Source: Tubiluchus corallicola
Lineage: Eukaryota; Animalia; Priapulida
Direction: 5' to 3'
Length of the DNA stretch: 58,933 nucleotides
NCBI GenBank assembly: GCA_030141605.1
Contig: JAQGDQ010001157.1
Span: forward strand, 1 to 58,933
Part shown: positions 1 to 13,097 of the stretch, one piece after another
How the letters are laid out: every line of letters starts with the position of its first letter
Numbering within the stretch: the stretch's first letter is position 1
Translations under genes and position numbers: made by a program
Notes under the pieces: generated by a model
The model's database searches: none
The model's input: only the letters and a program-made list of their open reading frames with translations
Told to the model about the DNA's origin: nothing

Positions 1-467
1 ATTTTGTAAAGTTTGAAAAAGTAATCAGAGCATTCGTAGCGAACACGTCACTAACTAAATAAAATTTAAAATTACTGTATATTGTCAATAAGATTAAAAA
101 TATGTTTTTGGTTACTGAGTGGTGCTCCCTGGAGAGTGAGTCAGCGACAATTTTAAATAATTAATAATTTTCTTTTCTAGTTACGTAAGTCTTTCTAGTA
201 GGTAAGCGAAAATCTAAGTAATATAGATTTGCACGGAAAGTCTTTTGAGATTTAATTTAACATTGCTTTTTCTTCCCTTGATTTACATTTGGTGTATGAC
301 GTCATGTAATGGAGAGTTCGGAACAGTATTGCGGGAGATTTAAAATGAGAACAAACTAAAATTCCTTTCAGTGCGAGTAAGATATACGCATAAAATTGCT
401 GTAAACTAATGTAATTTTTCAAGGCGATTTTTCTGAAACCTTCTTCAGGTACCCCTTTTCTTGTCCT
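1..467 (-). mobile_element. Kolobok-like non-autonomous DNA transposon, partial (runs off window start); inverted copy of 11665-12320
   Basis: 1-467 is the reverse complement of about 11665-12135; ends ...TTTTCTTGTCCT followed by TTAA (468-471). AGG...CCT termini with a TTAA target fit Kolobok rather than piggyBac (CCY...RGG). Confidence 0.7.
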
Positions 468-471
468 TTAA

Positions 472-985
472 AGGAGAACCGGACGATTGATTAGACTCAA
501 TCTGATTTTAATTTACTGTAAAAAGTTACCATAAAAGTTACCAATTGTTTCTTATATTTGAATAATTAGCTTAGAAAGTTAATTGACAGCAACCGAACAC
601 AGCTATTGCTTACGTCAGAAACTAACCACAGTTTGTACAAGGGCACTTGCACGTCAAGCACGTTTGCGTAAGTGTTACTGCTTAAACGCGTGATGTCATA
701 AAATGGGCTTTACATCATATGACATCAGAAACCAACAGTCATGATCATGGTTATCACGGTACCGCTTTCTATTTGTCGGCCGCGCGCATATGATAAAAAG
801 GCGCCGCTGCCAGTCTTAGTAGATTCACTGAGCTGCGCGCAGCTTTGAAAGTTTAACAAAATTTGAGTATCCGAGGTAATTATTATTTAATCATAGCTTT
901 GATTTAAAATAAGCTATTGTAGCTCTCAAAATTTTAGAGCATTCTTTATTCTGAACTAATGTTTACACAACCATCCGGTTTTCCT
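472..985. mobile_element. Kolobok-like MITE, 514 bp
   Basis: TTAA on both sides (468-471, 986-989); terminal inverted repeats AGGAGAACCGGACGATTG versus revcomp AGGAAAACCGGATGGTTG. Confidence 0.75.
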
Positions 986-2595
986 TTAAAGGGGAAAACC
1001 ATCTACTATCGCAGTTTCCGTTATGACAAATTTGCTAGGCGTGCCGTGTACTTTATAAGGTATAATTTCAACTTGGTCTTTAAATAATAATATAGGCAGT
1101 AAGCATTAAATGATTTAGAGGAGCACAATTGTGGATGATGATAAGTCTTTATTAGCCTCTTTTTGCAGGCAAAAATTTCTGTACAAAAATTATACAATTT
1201 TACATAGACACTAGAGCGAATTCTACAAAAATATCACATTTACGGATTCTGTAATTAACTTTTTTAATTTGTGCGTATAACATTATTTACAGTGGTGTTA
1301 AACAAGAAGAATTGAAGTGCGTGCTAAAATCAATGTTATTAATGCAGCAAGTTTCCTGTGAAGTAACATAAAAATGCAGATAAATTGATATACCAAATCA
1401 TTAAATTCCAATTCAATGTTTAAATCCACAAGAGTTACAATCAGTAATCTCAAGAACTGCACAAATTTAATCCCTATTTTACTAAAAATTACCAGAAAGA
1501 TCTTAAAATAAAACGTTCCTTTACAAAGTAGGTTAGTGCCGATATTAAATTTTCATTTTTGGTCCAATACACATTTAAGTTCTCATTTCCCAGTTCGTTT
1601 AGTAGTACATTTCGCCTGTTTGCGTCGACTCGGGGACATCGGTATATCAAATTTTCTGGATTCTAGGCTTCTATGCCACATTCACAAAGCTCATCTCAGG
1701 CAAATCCTATACGACTCATCAATTCATTAAAACTGTTTAAAATTCATTTAAAAGGAGCACAAGCCTATAATGTCTCCTCTGTCTTCATACTTGTACTCGT
1801 AAAACTGCATCATCAGTGTTGCTTACAGTTACTAGCATCTCTGTAAACATTGCTACTGAACTGACAGAATACGTGAGGCATTCCAAGGATTATCTGCAAG
1901 TAGACGAGAATAAATCCCAATTAATTAATCGTGGTCGCGTACATTAAAAATGAAAACATTGGATGTGGCAGCTCAAATTGTAAAGCAATGATAAATAAAT
2001 CAAATGTTAGCATAGTTAGTACAATTATAATTTTGCATAATGCAGCTCGGCACTGTTTCTAGGACACGTGTCTCATGTCTTTATTTCTCTACGCTACAAA
2101 ATCTGGGCAACGTGTCTTTTTCAAATACGTATAAATGTAAAATAATATTTTATTAATGCGAATGAGAACAGAAACATGGCGAAACTGACCTCTTTATAGA
2201 GTTACTTCGCAAGCGAGTAATTCAAATACCTCTTATAATTAATATATAGTGACAATGGTAGTCATTGAAATTATGTTTTATGAATGACTTACTACAGGCA
2301 GTAAACAGTTATAATAATGTGTAAATCAGTGACGTCACATTTCATGAAATTTAGTATTTAAAATTCAGCAATACTTGCAGAACGTTTTTGGAAAATAATC
2401 GTTTATTCTTTCTTTCTTTATTGTTTTCCCCTACGACACTGAATAACTGAAAAACCGTAATACCTAGAGTCACCAAACTTGTTTTAATTAACCTGTAACT
2501 AATTACCAGCAATTAGACTGATCAGTACATAAATATGTATTGCAATTGTTGTATTAACATAAACTGCTTATATTACCAATTAAAATATTTCTGGT

Positions 2596-2970
2596 GTCGA
2601 GAACAAGACTAAACTCTGATGTCACGTCGAGAACAAGACTAAACTCTGATGTCACGTCGAGAACAAGGGATACCTAAACTCCGATGTCACGTCGAGAACA
2701 AGACTAAACTCTGATGTCACGTCGAGAACAAGACTAAACTCTGATGTCACGTCGAGAACAAGACTAAACTCTGATATCACGTCGAGAACATGACTAAACT
2801 CTGATATCGCGTCGAGAACAAGGGATACCTAAACTCCGATGTCACGTCGAGAACAAGACTAAACTCTGATATCGCGTCGAGAACAAGACTAAACTCTGAT
2901 GTCGCGTCGAGAACAAGACTAAACTCTGATGTCAGGTCGAGAACAAGACTAAACTCTGATATCACGTCGA
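2596..2970. repeat. 30-bp minisatellite (GTCGAGAACAAGACTAAACTCTGATGTCAC), about 12 units including two 36-bp variants, followed by degenerate (GAT)n to about 3030
   Basis: Directly visible tandem units. Confidence 0.95.
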
Positions 2971-3139
2971 CAACAACGATAATGATGATGATGATGATGA
3001 ACGGTGACGATGACGATGATAATGATGATTACACTTGTAGAATCATATTGTTATACACTCAGCTATTCAATATACAACGGTGAGGAGATGTAAGTTATTC
3101 TTAAATTTGTTGCTAACGTGGACAATACCACAAGAGGCA

Positions 3140-4202
3140 CTGAAGAGCCCTAAGGGATTTGAAAAAAATATTCTAACAAATACATACACTGTAACAGTTA
3201 GGCTTATTCGAGCGACCTATTTGAATTATCATTTATCAGGAGCATTACAACTTAGGTCTCTCTCTGAACGTTATATAGATACTATTACTTTTATATAGAG
3301 AATAAATTTGGTAAGTGAGCTAAATATAATAAATGTTGAGATCATGCAGCCTTCACGCCTGAAACACGTTATACCTAGTAAAGTATTCATTGATAATGCT
3401 GTATTGTATTCAGGAGAAATATCTTGGCCATGTAATATGTACTAATCTAACCGACAACTGTGACATTCAAAACCAGACTAGTCTATTTTATATACGGATT
3501 AACTTTTTAATCTTCTTCTTCCCAGCTTTTCCCTATTCGGGGTCGCCGTTGTGAATGAGTCTTTTCCACGCATTCCTGTTGTTGACCATCTCTTCATTTA
3601 TGTCTTCCCTTCCCACATGATCTTCACCGACTCTTCTTTTCAGGTGTCCATACCATCGCAATCTTGCGAGGCTTCCACTACTTTTACTGTTCCTCTGATA
3701 TTATTATTTCTAATTCTATCTCTTCTTGTTATTCCCACCATCCATCTCAACATCCTCATCTCCACCACACCCATTTTTTTCTCTTCGGTCTTCTTTAGAG
3801 AAGCTGCTTCCAGCCCATAGATTAGAGCGGGTCTGACCACTTCTTTGTGGACTTTCCCTTTAAGTCTCACCGACTCATTCATAGAAGGTTTTGGCGCAGT
3901 TTTTACACGCGGATGTCCTTCCTGACCCTAACCCTCCCTATTTATCCGGGCTTGGGACCGGCACTGAGTTGGGCTGGCTTGCCCCTCCCCCCTGTGACTA
4001 GGTTCTGATTAACTTTTTAATAAGAACTGAAAATCACTAAGGGATTTGAAAAAATATTCTAACAGATACATACACAGTAACAGTTAGGCTTATTCGAGCG
4101 ACCCATTGCAACTTACATCCCTGTCTGAACGTTATATAGATACTATTACCTTGAACTAAGAATAAATTTGGTGAGGTAAATATAATAAATGTTGAGATTA
4201 TG
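3140..4202. repeat. Local direct duplication of about 180-200 bp (3140-3345 and 4028-4202), separated by unique sequence and an RTE insertion
   Basis: Both copies share CTAAGGGATTTGAAAAAA...GTAACAGTTAGGCTTATTCGAGCGACC...CTGAACGTTATATAGA...AGAATAAATTTGGT. Confidence 0.85.
3512..4006 (-). mobile_element. Internally deleted RTE-clade non-LTR retrotransposon, copy 1
   Basis: 15-bp TSD GATTAACTTTTTAAT (3497-3511, 4007-4021); RTE ORF2 C-terminal fragment KGKVHKEVVRPALIYG...EMRMLRWMVGITRRDRIRN; (GAA)n tail; RTE-type 5' UTR GTGCCGGTCCCAAGCCCGGATAAA. Confidence 0.9.
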
Positions 4203-4723
4203 AATCTAACGAAAGCTGACAGATGTTTAACTCATAAACAGTCGGTAATCTAAAATAATCTTGTACTGTATCTCCAGCAATACGATAGCCGATGTTCATA
4301 AACATGCTAAATTCCATTCACTTTTAAATCCATATTATGATAAAATTGATCCGCCAGCAATTTATTAATCCTTTCTTTCAAATCGGCTGATGAGACTTTC
4401 TCTAAAGCAGTCGAGTAGCTCGTGACAAACGCCCCTTAAACAGTCTGTCCATTTCAATGGGAGATGAAACGCCACTCAACAAGTTCCGAGATTAATTTCC
4501 GTAACGTTTCGGATTTCCATTTACAGAACGATCAGTCTACTTCATTGGAATGCTTTAAGCTAAGACGTCGTACACAGCAGATAGCATTTAGCCAATTGCC
4601 GTTAGCACAATGCCAGTTGTCCAACATGAGGAATCCAGTATTACAAATCTATACTTTTAATTAGTTAAAACGCAAGATATAGTTTTGCAATATAAGAGTG
4701 ATACTTCTGTTGCAGAGCTCTTA

Positions 4724-5519
4724 TATAGGTTTTACACATCAAATGTAGACACGGGAAAGTTCAAATGTGACTTGGGTAAGTCAAATGTAGACATAGGAAT
4801 TTTGAATGTGTTTTGGTAACTCAAATGTGACTTAGGTAAGTCAAATGTAGATGTGGTACTTTGAATAAATCGGTAATTAACTGATCTAAGTGCAAATTAC
4901 AAAAAGATAAACCAAAGATAGTCATCACCTCTTTCATAACTTTGAAAAATGTGTTGTTTATCCTCAAACTAATTCTTTGATAAACTACAACGTCGGTAGA
5001 AAAGAATAAATTGGTTCCCACTTCCCAATGAACAGTGAATCACTAATTAGTTTTTTAAGTAATGCATTAGCACTGCATTAATGAATTAGTTTCTCTCAGG
5101 AAACATTGCTTATTTCAAGAATGTATTGTTTTTTCTAACAGTTCAAATGGTATGTAAAGTTTGCAGAATATTAGTGAACTATTAGTAGGCCCATAACGTT
5201 GTTATTTTAACTTAAGAGCAATTATTAAATTGAAATTAAAGAAGATTAAATTTAACATCCTTAAACTTTACCACCTATCCACATTTGAGATACCAATGTC
5301 ACATTTGACTTGACATGTGTCTACATTTGACTTACCAAAATACGCGTAAGATTTCTTGAAAACCATTGTTAACACGTTTGAACTACCTAAGTCTACATTT
5401 GAGTTACCAAGACACATTTGAATTACCTAAATCTACATTTGAGGTACCAAGACACATTTGAATTACCTAAATCTACATTTGAGTTAACGCAGGTCTACAT
5501 TTCACATGTAAAACCTATA
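4724..5519. mobile_element. Unclassified MITE (TATAGGTTTTACA...TGTAAAACCTATA) with subterminal CAAATGTAGAC/CAAATGTGAC arrays, copy 1
   Basis: Terminal inverted repeats; second, inverted and internally deleted copy at 47379-47923. Confidence 0.85.
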
Positions 5520-5976
5520 ATCAGCGGCTTAACATCTCAGGTAACTTTGAATGATACCTGGATGCGACTCAGAGGCAGGGCGTAAGTGAAGAACCACCCA
5601 TTTTGACAATTGCCTTCCCAATTACGCCATGTCTTGCAACTACTACACGATCAAATACGTACAAAATTGGCCAATATGAACAAAGTTTGTTGCTTGGATT
5701 GGCATGCATTGAAACGGATAACAAACAACCACGTTAACAGAGACGTATTAACAAATTTATTTTGGCGCCGTTTACTTCATTTTGTTTAATGATACTTAGA
5801 AATTTAACAAACTCAAGTTTTAATTGCTTTTGGTTGCGCCTGGTTTTAGTTATCCACAAAACTCATAAACGAGGCGTGTTTTTTTACTGATCAAAGTGTT
5901 TTTACTGGCTGTTCTTGCGATTTTCTATGAGCTCCCCCTGTGGGATCCGTTCATGTTCCCACACGTCACATGCCCC

Positions 5977-6111
5977 AATCTCTTCCTAGTTTATTGCTGT
6001 TGGTCATCAATGCAACATTTGGAGATCTAGGGATTAGCTTAACCAGGCCTAAGGATATAAATGGTTTCGTGCATAATGCTACTCCTACTACAGGTTATCC
6101 GTATCACAGGT

Positions 6112-6189
<78 letters not shown>

Positions 6190-6214
6190 TAGAGGGAAAC
6201 AGAGAGAGAGAGAA

Positions 6215-6301
<87 letters not shown>

Positions 6302-6613
6302 ATACGCTTGACTATAATATTACTAGCTAGATTACAGGTAACCAAAGTAGCGATAAATTTAATGCCGTGATTATGTCATTTGTTCAACTACAGCGCCCTC
6401 TGTTGCTGCTTTTGTTAATTCTTTTTCTGTTGCATGCAGTCCCTAGTTATCACAACGGACAACCGTGCCAGTAGGAGGAGCATTACACACGAAGCCATTT
6501 ATATCATTAGGGCTTATGCGCGAAGCCATTTATATCCTTAGGCCTTGCTAAGCTAATCCCTAGATCTCCAAATGTTGCATTGATGACCAACAGCAATAAA
6601 CTAGGAAGAGATT
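5977..6613. mobile_element. Foldback/MITE with about 110-bp inverted arms enclosing a (GA)n tract
   Basis: AATCTCTTCCTAGTTTATTGCTGTTGGTCATCAATGCAACATTTGGAGATCTAGGGATTAGCTTA at 5977 recurs as an exact reverse complement ending at 6613; no clean TSD seen. Confidence 0.75.
6111..6298. repeat. (GA)n microsatellite
   Basis: Directly visible. Confidence 0.98.
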
Positions 6614-7069
6614 AAAGTGGCAGATTACTACAGATTTATTAAACTGATGCGCATCATCCGGCATAGAAACCCCTCGCGTGACACGAGAGATTATATAAAT
6701 GTTGTAGAAGAGGCACTCACCAATTAGGGCTAATAGCTATCCCTCAAACGCGTGCCATTCAAAGCAGATGACAGACTTTCTCTTCGTGTAACACAGTAGC
6801 GCATACACTGGTCACACGCAATACAATCTTTCCGTGAAGCCGCGCGTACAATCAATGGCTTCAGCACTGCGGTAACATCAGCGAGATGAGCGCTTCGATA
6901 ATTGCAAAGCACAAACTAACTACTGCGTCTTCTGCGTGACGTAGCTAGGGCATTTGGGGAGAACCTGCATGGCTTCATTCATCCATAAACTCATTACGTC
7001 CGCGCATGCGCAAAAATGCTACGTAAACAGTAGTACGTTGGTAACGATTAAAAACTATTTATATTTGTG

Positions 7070-7852
7070 TTTATATTTATATTTGTAGTTATAGTTATAG
7101 TTACAGTTATAGTTATATATAGTTGTAGTTGTAGTTGTAGCTGTAGTCGTAGTCGTAGTTGTAGCTGTAGTCGTAGTAGAGTTGTAGCTGTAGTCGTAGT
7201 CGTAGTTGTAGCTGTAGTCGTAGTAGAGTTGTAGCTGTAGTCGTAGTCGTAGTCATAGCCATAGTCACAGTCGTAGTCGTAGTTGTAGTTATAGGTAACG
7301 TTTAGTTATAGTTAGAGTTATAGTTATAGTTATAGTTATAGTTATAGTTATAGTTATAGTTATAGTTATAGTTATAGTTATAGTTATAGTTATAGTTATA
7401 GTTATAGTTATAGTTATAGTTATAGTTATAGTTATAGTTATAGTTATAGTTATAGTTATAGTTATAGTTATAGTTATGCTTATAGTTATAAGTTATAGTT
7501 ATAGTTATAGTTATGCTTATAGTTATAATTATAGTTATAGTTATAGTTATAGTTATAGTTATAGTTATAGTTATAGTTATAGTTATAGTTATAGTTATAG
7601 TTATAGTTATAGTTATAGTTATAGTTATAGTTATAGTTATAGTTATAGTTATAGTTATAGCTATAGCTATAGTTATAGTTATAGTTGTAGTTACAGTTAA
7701 CATTAACATTATAGTTATGGTTTCGGTTATAGTTATAGTTAACGTTACAGTTGTAGTTGTAGTTGTAATTATTGTTATTGTTATTGTTAACGTTATAGTT
7801 TTAGTTATAGTTATAGTTATAGTTGTAATTACAGTTACAGTTACAGTTATGA
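7070..7852. repeat. Hexamer microsatellite (AGTTAT)n with AGTTGT/AGTCGT/AGTTAC variants at the edges
   Basis: Directly visible; source of the spurious poly-IT/YS/IV ORFs. Confidence 0.98.
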
Positions 7853-8027
7853 CTACAAAAAATATAAATACATACATACATACCTAACACAATAAAACGT
7901 GCACTGTATTAGTTTTAATGTATGTATAATTAATGTAGGACTAACTTTGATGTATGTAAATTCAGTGAAACGAACATACCTACCATGTCATGCATTCAAA
8001 GTAAGATGCGGAACATGATTAAGTCAA

Positions 8028-8778
8028 ACAATGGGTGGAACACTGGGTGGAAAACTGGATGGAACATTGGGTGGAACGCTGGGTGGAACACTGGGTGGAA
8101 CACTGCATGGAACACTGGGTGGAACACTGAATGGAACACTGGGTGGAACACTGGGTGGAAAACTGGATGGAACATTGGGTGGAACGCTGGATGGAACACT
8201 GGGTGGAACACTGAATGGAACACTGGGTGGAACACTGGGTGGAACACTGGGTGGAAAACTGGAGGGAACACTGGGTGGAACACTGAATGGAACACTGGGT
8301 GGAACACTGGGTGGAAAACTGGATAGAACATTGGGTGGAACGCTGGATGGAACACTGGGTGGAAAACTGGATAGAACATTGGGTGGAACACTGAATGGAA
8401 CACTGGGTGGAACGCTGGATGGAACACTGGGTGGAACGCTGGGTGGAAAACTGAATGGAACGCTGGGTGGAACACGGGATGGAACACTGGGTGGAACACT
8501 GAATGGAACACTGGGTGGAAAACTGAATGGAACATTGGGTGGAACGCTGGATGGAACACTGGGTGGAACGCTGGATGGAACACTGGGTGGAACGCTGGAT
8601 GGAACACTGAGAGGAACACTGGATGGAACACTTGGTGGAACACTAGATTGAACACTGGTTCGAACACTACCCGGTGGTGGAGTTGATTTATTGAATACTG
8701 AACCACCGTTCTTTAGACTTATTATCAATTTTCTTTTCCAAATTCTAACGATCTGACAAAGTTAACAAAATGTTGCGC
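8028..8778. repeat. 12-bp minisatellite (GGTGGAACACTG)n, about 53 units, plus about 130-bp unique 3' flank; copy A
   Basis: Tandem units visible; the flank GAACACTGGTTCGAACACTACCC...GTTAACAAAATGTTGCGC is shared with copy B. Confidence 0.95.
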
Positions 8779-8826
8779 CATGTCATTCGACAATCTACTA
8801 TTATTGCATTTGACCTGCTACATATA

Positions 8827-9161
8827 CAGGGTGGACACAAAAAATAAGCCCTTTTTAAAATGCCACATAGAGACGACAATTTTTATCAAATTTGTCGTGA
8901 AGTGTTGGGAAAATATATTTGAGCAGTTTTCATAATGTAAGCAAAAAAATAAAGGATAAATTAATTTTTTTTGTTTCTTCAGAAAATTTGATTTTGTTTA
9001 CAGCCCGTCAAAATCACCAATTTTTGCATTGCTTACCTAGAACTTTATATCATTCATAATGTATTCATCTATTTTCATACCAAAAAATTTTATTCGAGTA
9101 CGAAGTGTAATAATTTTTTAAAGAATTTGTTAAAAGGGCTTACTTTTTTGTGTCCACCCGG
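8827..9161. mobile_element. Tc1/mariner-type MITE, 335 bp
   Basis: TA on both sides; TIRs CAGGGTGGACACAAAAAATAAGCCCTTTT versus revcomp CCGGGTGGACACAAAAAAGTAAGCCCTTTT. Confidence 0.85.
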
Positions 9162-9493
9162 TATATATACACTGGCCTGTAATGTCAGAGTCTATCGTAC
9201 TTCTTGCTTATTTATACTGACGATCCTTTAACAAACGCATGAATAATATACTGATCGTAATTTAGGCCTCCCTTGAGCATACATATAATGAGAATGGCAG
9301 ATACCCATAATGGCCATGATAATAGTAAGGCGAGTATTATTACGAACGACTAGTAATTCCCCATCGGTTAATAACTGCCACTAGATGAAATAGATTGAGT
9401 AACAGATACTGAATTGAACTTTGCTGCTGCATTCGTGGTCTCGTACATAATCATGACCATAATTTGACAGGTCAGAATGGCAGAATTATACAT

Positions 9494-9902
9494 GGTGGAA
9501 CAATGGGTGGAACACTAGATCGAACACTTGGTTGAAAACTGGATGGAACACTAGGTGGAACACTGTGTGGAACACGGGATGGAACACTGAGTGGAACGCT
9601 GGATGGAACACTGGATAGAACACTGAATGGAACACTGGGTGGAACACTAGATCGAACACTGGGTTGAAAACTGGATGGAACGCTGGGTGGAACGCTGGAT
9701 GGAACACTGGGTGGAACACTGTGTAGAACACGGGATGGAACCCTGGATGGAACACTGGGTGGAACACTAGATCGAACACTGGTTCGAACACTACCCAGTG
9801 GTGGAGTTGGTTTATTGAATACTGAACCACCGTTCTTTAGACTTATTATCAATTTTGTTTTCCCAATTCTAACGATCTGACAAAGTTAACAAAATGTTGC
9901 GC
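9494..9902. repeat. 12-bp minisatellite plus shared 3' flank; copy B (about 25 units)
   Basis: Same unit and near-identical flank as 8028-8778. Confidence 0.95.
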
Positions 9903-10216
9903 GCCCCATTGAAGTGTTGCCATGTCGGATAAGCAAGAAAAAACTCACTGAAAAGCCACGAAGAACATCCTTGGAAGGTGGCAAGCTAGAGAAATAAGCC
10001 ACGTTGAAGTCACTGAAATAATATTATAGATGTGATGAAGACTCTACCTTCTGGGGCTCGAACCAGGGATCATGTCAAAATCGTCATGATCATTTGTTCG
10101 CTAGAGAGCTGCTTGACATTTCAGCCAGGAATTCCAGGATTGGCTGAGTTGTTTTCGGTGGAGTCTTTTGAAAATCCTCTTGAAGAGCAGCTCATCTTCA
10201 ATACCATAGCAATCTT

Positions 10217-10697
10217 CAGGGCCTATTTCAACTTAAGCGAGGCCCGGGGAAGTGGGGCGTGTGAGGCCCCCTCGGGGGGAGGGGGGTAGGCGAAGCGCCG
10301 GGTGGCGGGCGTCACCATGGTTGACACCCAAAAAATTTTTGAACTGCTAGAACGCCAGAGAAGCATTTTCAAAGAGAAAATATGGAGTTATACAGTTGTT
10401 AAAGGAAAGAACAATTAATACTCCAGACCTTAATACTTGTCAAATAGTCAAATCAAAAACAACATTTTTGCAATATGTAATACCGTACTCTCACTTCCGT
10501 ACAAGCCGGTGTTAGAAATTCCGAAATTGAAAACAGCTGAACATCGGCACCGCCGGCGCGCGTGCGGCAAGAGAGAGAGAGGGAGAGAAAGGCAGTGTGT
10601 TCTCATAAAGCAAAAAAATGTTACCTTGGCGCGAGGCCCCCTAGAGGATGAGGCCCCGGGGAAGTATCCCCACTTACCCCTCCTGAAATAGGGCCTG
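10217..10697. mobile_element. hAT-type MITE, copy 1
   Basis: TIRs CAGGGCCTATTTCA / TGAAATAGGGCCTG; decayed 8-bp TSD GCAATCTT/ACAGTCTT; homologous to 12672-13097. Confidence 0.85.
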
Positions 10698-11664
10698 ACA
10701 GTCTTCGCCTCTTCCCATTTGTTCTTCAGTTCTGTTGCAGTCTTTTTTTGAAAATTTTGCTTCGCTTAATACGGATAAAGTTTGCGTGTAACTCGCTTTG
10801 AAACCAGCAAATATAAAACAAAGAAATACAGAGCGAAATTAAACGTTTCTTCTGTTATATAATTGCCGAGTTCCTAATTAAAATCACTTTAATTAGCTCA
10901 ATAAAATACAAACAGTAAAACATACGCCTGGTAATATTAGAACTTCACTGTTAAAATAAATTAAGAGACTTTCAAAGGTGAAATTATTTCAAAATGTTTA
11001 CTTATGCAGAGTGAGGGGACTAGCTTATTGGTCATACTGTGTGCTTCGTAACCGAAGTTGAGAAACTAAATACCTGCTTAGTAAATAGATGGGTGATTTG
11101 AATACTTGTTCTCAGCTATTTCTTTCGCCATTTCTATTCTGGCTGTTGACGTCATGGAAAGATGAATATGTATTCACATCTGAACATGTTTTTTCCTGTT
11201 GGCTGCCGAGCCACCTACCAATATTAGCTTTGCAGGTAAATAAACACGGGTTTCGCACAAATATTCTTCCGCGTTTAATTTCAAAAATGAGGGTTGCTGA
11301 TGAGTGTTCTTCCCTTAATATTCTTACTACCGTATTTACTTTTTCTAAAATATTGTGTTCTAAAATGTGGGATTTTCAAAAGACCCCACCGAAAACTGCT
11401 CAGCAAATCCCCGAATTCGTGGCTAAAATGTCAAGCGCCCTCTAGCGAACAAATTTTGACATCCCTTGTTTCTACTTCTACTAAAAGTCATACTATGGGT
11501 CATTTCAAAACAACGTTAATTTTGTTCACTTTCACTCTTTAAATACGCTTTACTTACATATTTAGTTTTGATGCAAATAACTTGATAACATGTATAAAAA
11601 AACTTAGCTTATTTATACAGATGAAAATTATGTATATAGACGATAATTATCTACAATTACTTAA

Positions 11665-12320
11665 AGGACAAGAAAAGGGGCACCTGAAGTAGGTTTCAGA
11701 AAAATCGCCTTAAAAATTATATTACTTTACAGTAATTTTATGCACATATCGTACTCGTGTTGAAAGGAATTTTCGTTTGTTTTCATTTTAAATCTCCCGC
11801 AATATTGTTCCGACAGCGAAATTACATGACGTCACTAAAACACGTAAATCAGGGGAAGAAAAGGTAATGTTAAATTATGACCCAAAAAAACTTTCCGTGC
11901 AAATCTATATTACTTTGCATTTCGCTTACCTGCTGGAAACACTTATGCAACTAGACTAATCATTTAAAATGTTTGTGCCAGTTGGTAAAATGTCGCTGAC
12001 TCACCCTCCAGGGTGCGCCATTCACTAGCCAAAAACGTATTTTTAATCTTATTGACAAGATGCAGTAATTTAAAATTTTACTTAATTACCAACGTGTATG
12101 CTACGAATGCACTGATTATTTTTTCAAACTTTACTCAATGTTATGAAAACTTGTTTCAAACGACCTACCATTAAAATGGCTGCGCGGGAGTTTAAATTTA
12201 CACGTTTTAACAGCGTTACGGCCGATGCAACCCATGCATACGAAAATGTAGTATGTAAGTGGCACAAAATTTGGAGACGAATTTTTCAAGCTTTATGTAA
12301 GTGGAGGGTTTTCTTGTGCT
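11665..12320 (+). mobile_element. Kolobok-like MITE, 656 bp
   Basis: TTAA at 11661-11664 and 12321-12324; TIRs AGGACAAGAAAA versus revcomp AGCACAAGAAAA; second copy at 1-467. Confidence 0.75.
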
Positions 12321-12671
12321 TTAACAGACAACTTTACGTCATTATTTAATCTGCCATGTTGTCCAGTGCCCAAATGAACCAAACCTTATTGCCAAATATA
12401 GGGTAGGCGACTTGATGACTTTTAATGGATCTGCTCTTTGACTTTATATTTACTTTATTAACACATTTATTAGGCTAATTATGTTTGTATATTTTTATTA
12501 CATGTACACGTTCCTGAAACGTTATGAACAAAAATAAACTTGATTTCATTTGATACGATTTTGATTTGAATTGTGTTGCGTTGTGGCAATGTTGTTCATT
12601 ATCTTACAAAAGGCTCATTATGTAACAATACAGCATTATGTAACAAATCATAAAATTCGTCGTTATGTGAC

Positions 12672-13097
12672 CAGGGCCTATTTCAGCCTAGGCGAGGCCC
12701 GGGGAAGTGGGGCGTGTGAGGCCTCATCGGGGGTGGGCGAAGCGCCGGGGGGCGGGCGCCACCATGGTTGGCGCCCAGAAACTTTTTGAACTGCTAGAAC
12801 GCCGGAGAAGCATTTTCGAAGAGGAAATATGGCGTTGTACAGTTGTTAAAGGAAAGAACAATTGAAAGGCTTTATTCTCAAGACCAGTCCTTAATACTTG
12901 TCAATACTGGCAAACGGCGCACGTGCGGCAAGAGAGAGAGAGAGAGGGAGAGAGAGAGAGAGAGAGAGAAGGGGGGAGAGAGGAGGCAGTATGTTTGCAT
13001 AAAGCAAAAAAAATGTTACCTTGGCACGAGGCCCCCCTGGAGGGTGAGGCCCCGGGGAAGTATCTCCACTTACCCCCCCCCCTTGAAATAGGCCCTG
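12672..13097. mobile_element. hAT-type MITE, copy 2
   Basis: Perfect 14-bp TIRs CAGGGCCTATTTCA / TGAAATAGGCCCTG and perfect 8-bp TSD TATGTGAC (12664-12671, 13098-13105). Confidence 0.92.

Noticed and set aside
1740-1900. Possible minus-strand terminal exon after CTTGCAG
   Set aside because: Short frames with no recognisable motif and no partner exon.
6088-7887. Poly-RE/LS/IT/YS/IV ORFs (also 24689-25196) and the repeat ORFs at 16185-16505
   Set aside because: Translations of microsatellites and minisatellites.
7985-8728. Long repetitive ORFs (WNTG)n, (GTLG)n, (FHPV)n, (VPPS)n, and similar ones at 9472-9852
   Set aside because: Open in several frames on both strands because the 12-bp unit lacks stops; no supporting gene structure.
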